This document shows, one piece after another, positions 30,671-38,147 of a stretch of 64,000 nt of DNA. Positions within the stretch are counted from its first letter, which is position 1. Each line of letters starts with the position of its first letter. Under the pieces are notes generated by a model. The model did not search any database. It was not told where the DNA came from and saw only the letters and a program-made list of their open reading frames with translations. A program made the position numbers and the translations under genes. Origin of the DNA: a virus; IMG/VR virus record IMGVR_UViG_3300033485_000002, positions 64,001 through 128,000 of that record. One strand, written 5' to 3'.

Positions 30671-30964
30671 ATGAGCGCAGATAACGGCGTGTACATCCTT
30701 TGCACCGAGGGGCCGGAGTACCGGGTTCGCCATCTTCAGGCGGTCGAGAACGTGTACTGGGACGATGAGAAGAAGGAAGAGTGTGACAACCCTGATGTCC
30801 ACATCAAGAACGCTAGGGAGATGTGGAACAATTGTAAGGTATTCACTGATCGCATGCAGGTTTTCGAGGAAGCGAGAAGGATCTATAACGAGATCATGAG
30901 TGACGACTTCTGCCCGGTTTGTGAATACGGCATCTGCACTATTTTGGTCCCGAGGAAGTTTTAA
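30671..30964 (+). CDS. Hypothetical phage protein
   Basis: MSADNGVYIL...EYRV...EYGI pattern. Confidence 0.6.
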   Translation: MSADNGVYILCTEGPEYRVRHLQAVENVYWDDEKKEECDNPDVHIKNAREMWNNCKVFTDRMQVFEEARRIYNEIMSDDFCPVCEYGICTILVPRKF

Positions 30965-31330
30965 GAGGAGGGGGAGTTATGCTGTGGTTTATCCTGGGTA
31001 TTGCCGTGGGCATCATCGCTTATCAGTACTTTCTCGAACATCCTGATAAGGTCAAGGCTACCTTCAGCAAGCTGTGGCAGATCATCAAGGCTCCCTTCCA
31101 GAAGAAACGCTGATGATCTGGCTCATTTACTTCGTTGGAGTCGGGGTAGCGTTGATCGCGTGTCTGTACTGCATAAGTGTCGTTTTTGACATGGGTCCGC
31201 TGCAAGCTGAAGACACTCTGATGGCTATGATTGCCGCAGTAGTTTGGCCGGTCATTCTTGTGGTCTTCGTGTTCTGGGCCTTCTGTGAGGGGATTGCGAT
31301 AACGTGGAACATGCTCAGTGCGTACTATCG

Positions 31331-31406
31331 GGGCCGTTAGCTCAGTTGGTAGAGCATTTGTCTTACACGCAAGTGGTCGCTGGTTCAAGTCCAGCACGGC
31401 CCACCA
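31331..31406 (+). tRNA. tRNA-Val(TAC)
   Basis: GGGCCGT/ACGGCCC acceptor stem, CT-TAC-AC loop, GTTCAAGTC T-arm, encoded CCA. Confidence 0.95.
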
Positions 31407-31427
31407 AAAATATTTTCTAAGAACCCC

Positions 31428-31456
31428 TTGACAACATCGACCACTTCACCTATCTT
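31428..31456 (+). promoter_or_regulatory. Sigma70-like promoter of the Cas7-like/array operon
   Basis: TTGACA-17 nt-TATCTT, then AGGAGG RBS. Confidence 0.75.
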
Positions 31457-31476
31457 AGGTACAGGAGGACAATACA

Positions 31477-32259
31477 ATGGTACGTAAGAAGAAAGAAGCG
31501 GTCGCCGAAAACGAAGAGATCCAGGTGTTTAAGGTCGAAAGGGGGGAAGTGTCGTACTGTGTTTTGGGTCTTACTCCACTGATCACGGAAGCGATGAGCG
31601 AGAAGGTGAAGCGGGAGCTGTTGCTGCCCAAGGGCCGTAAGACCGCTGCCGACAAGGCGGGCACGGCCAAGCACGATGTGCTGGAGGAGTACCGCAACAG
31701 CACCTATCAGGCGAAGGACGATACGTCTCCGACTCGGATCGTGATTCCGTCTACTGCCTTCAAGGGTGCGCTCAGGGACGTGGCGACCGATATCCCCGGT
31801 GCCGCAAAGGCGCAGATCGGTCGGTTGGCGTTTGTTAAGGGCTACCATATCCCCGTGTTCGGGGTGCCGCAGCTCATCATGTCGGTGGTTCGTAACTCGG
31901 ACCAGAACCATACTCCTGACATTAGGACTCGGGCGATCCTGCCTCGGTGGGCCTGCTATCTCACGATCGAGTACACGATCCCGCTGTTGAATGATGTTGT
32001 CGTGACCAACCTGCTGGCCGCTGCTGGCCTGATGCGGGGTATTGGTGGTTGGCGTCCGCAGAAGGGGGCTGGTGACTTCGGGCAGTTCACGCTCGTTGAC
32101 CAGGACAACCCCGAGTTCTTGGACATCGTTGCCACTGGTGGGCGTGAGCCGCAGGATCTGGCGCTGGCCGATCCTGAGTGTTTCGATAGCGAGACGGTGA
32201 ACATGCTGTCGTGGTTCATGGCGGAAACCAAGCGGCGTGGTCTCAAGGTTGTGAGCTAG
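31477..32259 (+). CDS. Cas7/RAMP-like (Vipr-like) RNA-guided effector protein
   Basis: RAMP hallmarks: G.TPL in the first strand, IPSTAFKGALRD, C-terminal G-rich loop AG..RGIGGWRPQKG.G.FGQF; directly upstream of the pentamer array. Confidence 0.8.
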   Translation: MVRKKKEAVAENEEIQVFKVERGEVSYCVLGLTPLITEAMSEKVKRELLLPKGRKTAADKAGTAKHDVLEEYRNSTYQAKDDTSPTRIVIPSTAFKGALRDVATDIPGAAKAQIGRLAFVKGYHIPVFGVPQLIMSVVRNSDQNHTPDIRTRAILPRWACYLTIEYTIPLLNDVVVTNLLAAAGLMRGIGGWRPQKGAGDFGQFTLVDQDNPEFLDIVATGGREPQDLALADPECFDSETVNMLSWFMAETKRRGLKVVS

Positions 32260-32267
32260 GAGGAATA

Positions 32268-32747
32268 ATGGAACACGAGCGGACGAAGATCATTCGGGAA
32301 GAGCTGATCCGCCTTGAGAACTCGCTGGGGACGTTGACCCCGGACAAGGTGGTCGAAGCAGCTACTCCTGTGAAGAGTCCAATCCACCCTTGCTTCGATT
32401 GGGACAATACCTCGGCAGGGCACAAGTACCGATTGGAGCAGGCGCGTGGTCTTATCCAGTCGGTGAAGTACCGGGTTACGACCGAGAAGAAGGTGTTTAC
32501 GGTGGCTCGGTATGTGCGTGACCCGAGGGTGGACCCTCAAACGCAGGGGTATGTCTCGGTGCCGAAGCTGAAGGAAGATCCTGCTGCGGCCCTGAAGGCG
32601 GTACAGTGGGAGTTTTCCAGAGTGCAGCAGGCACTGGAGCGTTTGGAGATCTTGGCCACGGTGCTGGAAGCCAAGTCGGTGGTTACGGCAGCCCGTAAGC
32701 ACATGAAGCGGGTGCAGGCTAAGGTGGAAAAGTCTTTTGCGATCTAG
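32268..32747 (+). CDS. Accessory protein of the Cas7-like locus (159 aa)
   Basis: GGAGG RBS; LTP..VV.AA....SPIHPCFDWD...A..YRLEQAR.LI motif; lies between effector and array. Confidence 0.75.
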   Translation: MEHERTKIIREELIRLENSLGTLTPDKVVEAATPVKSPIHPCFDWDNTSAGHKYRLEQARGLIQSVKYRVTTEKKVFTVARYVRDPRVDPQTQGYVSVPKLKEDPAAALKAVQWEFSRVQQALERLEILATVLEAKSVVTAARKHMKRVQAKVEKSFAI

Positions 32748-32752
32748 CCGAC

Positions 32753-33404
32753 ATTGTCACGGTTTAGCTGTCAAGGTACGATCGGGATTGTTCGGGTTTG
32801 TCAAGGAAAGTCAAGATCTGGCGCGGTCGGGTGAGGCTGTCGTGGTTCGGTCAGATCCGTTCAGGGATGTTAGGGAAAGATATGGTGTGTTCTGGTGGGG
32901 GAAGATTCGGATGGGCAAGGTGAGGCTGTCCAGGTAAGGTTCGGTGGGATGGGGCGTGTTACGGCGACTTAGGGTTAGTCATGGGCAGGTTCGGCTGTCA
33001 CGGTATGGCACGTTAGTTTCGGGTTAGTCAAGGACGGGAACGGTGCGATCAGGTCTGATCCGGTCTGACTGTCACGGTACGTGTCGTAGGGTAGGAAAAG
33101 GCAAGGCTCAGCATGTTAGGGTTCGGTGAGGCTAGGCTGTCACGGTGTCGTGAGGATGGGACCGGCAGGGCCGGGTTCGTTGCTGGCGTGGCATATTTTG
33201 GCGGGGCTTGGCTGTCATGGTGATTTTTGCGTTCAGGCGTGATTGGGCCTGACAGGATTCGATTAGGCAGGGCCGGGTAAGGTTTGGCTGTCACGGTGGG
33301 ATATGGACGGATCCGGAAGGGAGAGATGCGTTCTGGCGGGGTCTGGTGGGGCTGGGTGAGACCGGGTGGGACGAGATTTGGTAAGATCCGGTCAGGTCTG
33401 ACTG
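32753..33404 (+). ncRNA. Gapped-guide (VIPR-like) array: 8 units of (G/A)(G/A)CTGTC-NN handle plus G-led pentamers
   Basis: Handles at 32766, 32835, 32924, 32993, 33067, 33135, 33210 and 33286 (spacings 69, 89, 69, 74, 68, 75, 76, i.e. 9+5n with small indels); 5-nt periodic G between handles. Confidence 0.85.
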
Positions 33405-33411
33405 GTATGTT

Positions 33412-33487
33412 GGGGGAGTAGCCCAACGGTAGAGGCGGAGGACTTAAAATCCTTTCAGTGTGGGTTCGAATCCCACCTTCCCCACCA
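33412..33487 (+). tRNA. tRNA-Leu(TAA), short variable arm
   Basis: GGGGGAG/CTTCCCC acceptor stem, GAGGA-CT-TAA-AA-TCCTT, GTTCGAATC, CCA. Confidence 0.9.
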
Positions 33488-33497
33488 ATGTGCTAAG

Positions 33498-33568
33498 GGG
33501 GGTATCACTCAGTGGCCGAGTAGCGGGCTTTTAACCCGCCTACCAGGGTTCGATTCCCTGTGCCCCCA
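33498..33568 (+). tRNA. tRNA-Lys(TTT)
   Basis: GGGGGTA/TGCCCCC acceptor stem, GCGGG-CT-TTT-AA-CCCGC, GTTCGATTC; no encoded CCA. Confidence 0.85.
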
Positions 33569-33708
33569 CTTTTGGAGCTAATATGGACGAGCTTAATCAA
33601 AATGTTGAACGGTTGCTGTGGATCTGGAGTCTGCTCTGCCTCAGCGTAACTGTAGTGGGTTTGTTTATTTGGTGGATAGGGAGATATCGTGATAAGTAGG
33701 AGATAGGA

Positions 33709-33912
33709 ATGGCTTCGACTACGGCACTGGATAAGCGACTCACGGAGCTGGAGAACCTCATGAAGGAGGTTATCCGTGCCTCTGAGACAGCGACTCGTGT
33801 TTATGCTGAGAATCAAGAGCCGATCGAGCGCCGCTTCCATACTTTGGAAGCGAGAGTCAGTGCCGAGATCAACGGGGTCATTGAGCGACTGAATAAGTTA
33901 GAGGGCCGTTGA
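33709..33912 (+). CDS. Small coiled-coil protein
   Basis: AGGAG RBS; coupled to the next gene. Confidence 0.55.
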   Translation: MASTTALDKRLTELENLMKEVIRASETATRVYAENQEPIERRFHTLEARVSAEINGVIERLNKLEGR

Positions 33913-36155
33913 TGGCTACATACTACATGCGGGCTGATGGTAGCGCGACGAAAGCTAATGCTACTGGGCCGTCTTCTGATCCCACCAAGTGCATGAACAA
34001 GACCACGCATGACGCGGCCACGTTTTCCCCTGATGACTTCATCATATGCTCCGGGCTGGGTGGGATCTATCGAGGCTACTTCAGACCACCGTCAAGCGGG
34101 ACGGATGGGCATCCCATCACGTACATCGGAAGCGATTCTCCCCATTTTACGGCGAAAGAGTTAGCGACTGGGTGGACGCTCCATGCCGGGAATGTCTGGA
34201 AAGTAGCGTGGACACGGGGCGGTGATGTTAATGCCCAACACCTTTTTATCGACGGGGTAGATCAGGGATTAGGTCAGTCTGCGCTGGTGAATGTTGATGC
34301 CGAGGGTGAGTGGTTTCTTGATGACCCCGGCAACATGTTGTACTTATATGACAGCGGTGGAGATCCTGACGGGCACGTTGCTCCAGGGATTGAGATTAAC
34401 TCCGTTGAGCGCATCATAGAAGCCGGTAAGTCCTATACCATCTTCGATGGTTTGCACTTATCATGGGCGTCCTACGCACAGATCAGGTCGGATAACGCAG
34501 GAAGTCATGTCACTATCCGGAACTGTACTTGTGAGTACGGTAACCGTGGAATCAGTGCAACGACTACTGCGGGTACTTATACTGACTGGGAAATCTATGA
34601 TAATACGCTGCGTTACTTCTGGAACTCTGGGATTGAGTTTCTTCACGGAGGACGAGAGTCGCGCATCTACAGGAATCACATCCATGACGTTGACCATGAC
34701 TCGTTCGCCATTGGTTCAACTTATACGAACGGGATCAAGCTGTGGGATGACGGTGCCCTCACTGGATCTGTCGAAATCTTTGAAAATCTGATTTATGACA
34801 TTGGCCCAGGTGGTGCAGCGTCTGGCCCTGGTCAAGGATCTGGTATCTGGTTTGACCGTATCCAACCTGAAGCTGGTGACGAGTGTGTGGCGTACCACAA
34901 CTTCCTCTACAACTGCTCGGGGACCGGGGTCTTCATCGAGATCTCAAGGCATTGCATTGCCTACTCCAACGTGATGTACAACTGCGGTTATCACTCTGGA
35001 GGAACCGATGAGTTCAGTCCTTCCGGCATGAGAATCGATACTAGGACCGGGTACAATAGTGAATACAATTATGTGTATAACAACACCGTGTATGGGGGCC
35101 GTTGTGGGATGGTTGTGGCCGGTTACTATGATCATACTGCCGTCATTAGCTATAACGAGGTGAAGAACAACATCTTCATCGGCTGGACGGAGCACGGTCT
35201 TATCGCTCGTAACGGTGGGGATAACACTACGCTTCACGGGACCGGGGTTGGCAACGTCTACGAGCACAATTGCCTGGGGCCGGAATCCAATGCGCTTGTG
35301 CAGTGGAACTACCATCATGTTGGAACCCATGATGGGTGGGAAGCGATTGCTGACACTGCACATCATGTCGTTTTGCAGGATTACTGGCTGGATAATACAT
35401 CTCAGCCAGTTGACGGTAGTGGTGGCTATTGGTGGGGCATTGAAGTCCCGCTGAGTGGTACAGGTACAGTCAATGTTAAGCGGATATTTGCAAGGTTGTG
35501 TCGCGTTGGTACTCCTTCGAACAGCACCGCGAGGATGAGGATCTATGACAACAATGCCGGTGCGCCAGGGACCAGCATTGCGGAGACGACGCTTAATATT
35601 TCTGCCGTCACAACCGACAGCGTTGATGGTGATTGGTATGAGTTCGTCTTCTCTAGTTCGGTTACCCTGACCAAAGGTAGTACTTACTACTTTGTGATGG
35701 TTGGAGACTGGACTCACGATAACAACAACTGCGTTAAGATGTTTGGCAGAACCAGTGGTTACACCGGGGTTCATCATTCTTGGCGCTATAGTGGAACCTG
35801 GACAGAGACGACTGCGGCCACATTTGCTTTTATTGCTTTAGACGATACTTATGTCCCTGGGTGGATGCATAACGTCGAAGGAGATCCGCTTCTTGCAGAT
35901 GTTGAGGCCCACCAGTTCTGGCTCACAGAAACCTCTCCCTGCCTTGAAGCTGGAGTGGACCTTGGAGCGGATTACCGGTCTGGACTTCATCCATCGAGCG
36001 TTTGGCCAGATGGTGTAGTGACGGCCAATCAGAGTGGGGATTGGGATATGGGGGCATATATCTTTCCCTCTTCCGGGGGGCATTCAGCACTCCCACTCGG
36101 TCAAGCTTTTGACCAGGATGTCTTTTTCCCATCGTCAATAACTTGGATCGTATGA
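33912..36155 (+). CDS. Right-handed beta-helix (pectin-lyase-like) protein with C-terminal beta-sandwich; probable virion/tailspike-like protein
   Basis: Repeated I.N N.I/V.. turns (YNNTVYG, KNNIF, YRNHIHD); SPCLEAG...DMGAY motif. Confidence 0.7.
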   Translation: MATYYMRADGSATKANATGPSSDPTKCMNKTTHDAATFSPDDFIICSGLGGIYRGYFRPPSSGTDGHPITYIGSDSPHFTAKELATGWTLHAGNVWKVAWTRGGDVNAQHLFIDGVDQGLGQSALVNVDAEGEWFLDDPGNMLYLYDSGGDPDGHVAPGIEINSVERIIEAGKSYTIFDGLHLSWASYAQIRSDNAGSHVTIRNCTCEYGNRGISATTTAGTYTDWEIYDNTLRYFWNSGIEFLHGGRESRIYRNHIHDVDHDSFAIGSTYTNGIKLWDDGALTGSVEIFENLIYDIGPGGAASGPGQGSGIWFDRIQPEAGDECVAYHNFLYNCSGTGVFIEISRHCIAYSNVMYNCGYHSGGTDEFSPSGMRIDTRTGYNSEYNYVYNNTVYGGRCGMVVAGYYDHTAVISYNEVKNNIFIGWTEHGLIARNGGDNTTLHGTGVGNVYEHNCLGPESNALVQWNYHHVGTHDGWEAIADTAHHVVLQDYWLDNTSQPVDGSGGYWWGIEVPLSGTGTVNVKRIFARLCRVGTPSNSTARMRIYDNNAGAPGTSIAETTLNISAVTTDSVDGDWYEFVFSSSVTLTKGSTYYFVMVGDWTHDNNNCVKMFGRTSGYTGVHHSWRYSGTWTETTAATFAFIALDDTYVPGWMHNVEGDPLLADVEAHQFWLTETSPCLEAGVDLGADYRSGLHPSSVWPDGVVTANQSGDWDMGAYIFPSSGGHSALPLGQAFDQDVFFPSSITWIV

Positions 36156-36803
36156 CACTAATTCATAAGGAGCCGTTGATGTGTCCTCGGGATTGATCAC
36201 TGCCTTGGCGATTATTGGAATATGGCTCGCAGCGGGTGGGCTATTCGCTTTGGCAGTGGGTTGGGTCATTCAACGAGAAAGAGAGAAGTGACATGGGTGA
36301 CATGACCGTAGCCAATGACGCTAGCGTGATTTTCTCCAACAACAGTAACGACACGTACTCCATCAGCGACTCCACGACATGGCCGGGAACGACAGGGAGC
36401 TGTTGCCCGGACTGCGGGATGTCCCAGTCAAACGGGTACGGGATCCACTACGCCGGGTGCCCACGGTTGAACCCTGCGTGGCAGCCGTATGGCACCTACA
36501 TCAACTCTCCCTCCAACTATGAGCAAAAGCTCGATGAGATCCATGCGACACTGAAGGAACTTCTGGTAACGGTTCAACGACTCGTGCGCGAACTCTAGAA
36601 GGGAGCAAGGAGCATGACCGTTGGTGATCTGAAGCGGGAGCTATTACGGTGGGACGACGAGGACAAGGTGATGGTTAGGACAGCGTTTCGTCCGTACAGG
36701 ACATACAAGACGCAGCGGGTGGAGATGGCTGACTATCACAAAGATAAACACACTGTCAGGCCACGAAGGGTGTTAGTCTTGGTTGGAGAAGAGGAGTCAC
36801 GCA

Positions 36804-37277
36804 ATGTCTGAGGACACGCTCGCAATGCACCCAGGACCGGATCTGATCATCCGGCACTATCGCACTCCCGATGTCCAGGGGCTGTTCCAATACGGCTTCG
36901 TCCCGTGCTCCGAGAAGGAAGCGCACTTCATGCTCGAAAAGATCGGGAAGCTGGGACGCAGGAACCGGGAGAGTTATGGCGGATTTACACTTGTCATCGA
37001 CACCAAGCGCCGGGTGATGGGTATTGCCCTCTGCTCCCTCAAGGACCAGTACAACAAGAAGAAGGGCATTCAGCAGGCGATGGAGAAGCTCCTGGCCGCG
37101 TGCTCGGATACTACTGCTGTGTTGGTGCCCGAGGCGAAGAGCCGGGTTGCCAAGGGGCTGTGCAAGGCGGCGGTGTGGGCGGCATGGTCTGAGTACATGA
37201 AGCGGGACTGGCCGCTGGACGAGTTTCACATTGACACCATCAATAACTGTTGGACGCTAACTGAGGTGGTGGAGTAG
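36804..37277 (+). CDS. Hypothetical phage protein
   Basis: G.A.CS.KDQYNKKKG...A motif; GAGGAG RBS. Confidence 0.6.
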   Translation: MSEDTLAMHPGPDLIIRHYRTPDVQGLFQYGFVPCSEKEAHFMLEKIGKLGRRNRESYGGFTLVIDTKRRVMGIALCSLKDQYNKKKGIQQAMEKLLAACSDTTAVLVPEAKSRVAKGLCKAAVWAAWSEYMKRDWPLDEFHIDTINNCWTLTEVVE

Positions 37278-37306
37278 CTTAGGGCTTTATTGAGCGTGGG
37301 GAGAGT

Positions 37307-37702
37307 ATGGCTGAAGTAGATCCGTTTCCGACTTGCTATCTGGAGTTCATGGGGCATACCATCACCGTGATGTTCACCCCGGAACGGCCTATCAGGGATA
37401 ACAAGCCGGGAGAGCTGCTGGACGGTTACCTCGATCCAGGCTCGGAGATCATCTTCATCTACAACGAGCTGCCGGAAGACAGGAAACGCGAGGTGCTCGC
37501 CCATGAGCTGACGCACCTCGTGGACATCGACACCTCCCCCACCAAGCACCTCACCGAGAATCAGATTGGGCGGATCAGTCGTGGGTTCCAGGGTATCTTG
37601 GCAGATAACCCTGATCTGGCCATGTACTTTGCCCGTAAGCTCAAGACAGGCACGCTTATCAAAAGATTGGAGAAGCGCCGCTATGCTGAAACTGACGTTT
37701 GA
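37307..37702 (+). CDS. ImmA/IrrE-like zinc metallopeptidase domain protein
   Basis: IFIY......R...VLAHELTH...E. Confidence 0.65.
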   Translation: MAEVDPFPTCYLEFMGHTITVMFTPERPIRDNKPGELLDGYLDPGSEIIFIYNELPEDRKREVLAHELTHLVDIDTSPTKHLTENQIGRISRGFQGILADNPDLAMYFARKLKTGTLIKRLEKRRYAETDV

Positions 37703-38088
37703 GTTCGAGACCCCACAGGAAGCGGTTGTCGTACTCAAGGCGCAGGAAATGGCTTCGGCGCTCTATGACTTTGATACCTACCTGCGTAACATGTTGAAGT
37801 ATCACCTGGATGAAGCCTCACCAGAGATCGTGGCGAAAGTGGAAGAGATCCGTAAGGAGTTGGCGGAACTTATGAACGACGCGGGCATTATCGAGGTAGT
37901 CTTCAATACATGAACATGAGCAAGTGGTACGTGACGCATCCCCATGACAAAAAAGAAGTACCCGAGACACGCGGCAAGTCCAAGCAGGAGTCGCAAGAAT
38001 TATTTCTGCTCAGGATGTCGATGCTCAAGGGAGTTCACCAGCCGTGGGTCTGGTGGGAGAAGCAGGGGTATAAGGTCCGACGAAGTAC

Positions 38089-38117
38089 TTGACACGGACG
38101 GCAATTCCACCTATTTT
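38089..38117 (+). promoter_or_regulatory. Sigma70-like promoter
   Basis: TTGACA-17 nt-TATTTT. Confidence 0.55.
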
Positions 38118-38147
38118 GGGTATGGGGATAGGAAAGGAGAGTCAATC

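Noticed and set aside
31023-31397. Minus-strand ORF starting MLDLNQRPLACK
   Set aside because: Antisense translation of tRNA-Val
32753-33404. Canonical CRISPR array
   Set aside because: The shared repeat is only about 7-12 nt and not palindromic, the 'spacers' have internal 5-nt periodicity, and no cas1/cas2/cas6 is present in the window
32737-33426. ORFs 32737-32937 (+) and 33049-33426 (-)
   Set aside because: Shadow ORFs of the pentamer array: low-complexity G/V/R or P-rich translations, no RBS, and one overlaps tRNA-Leu
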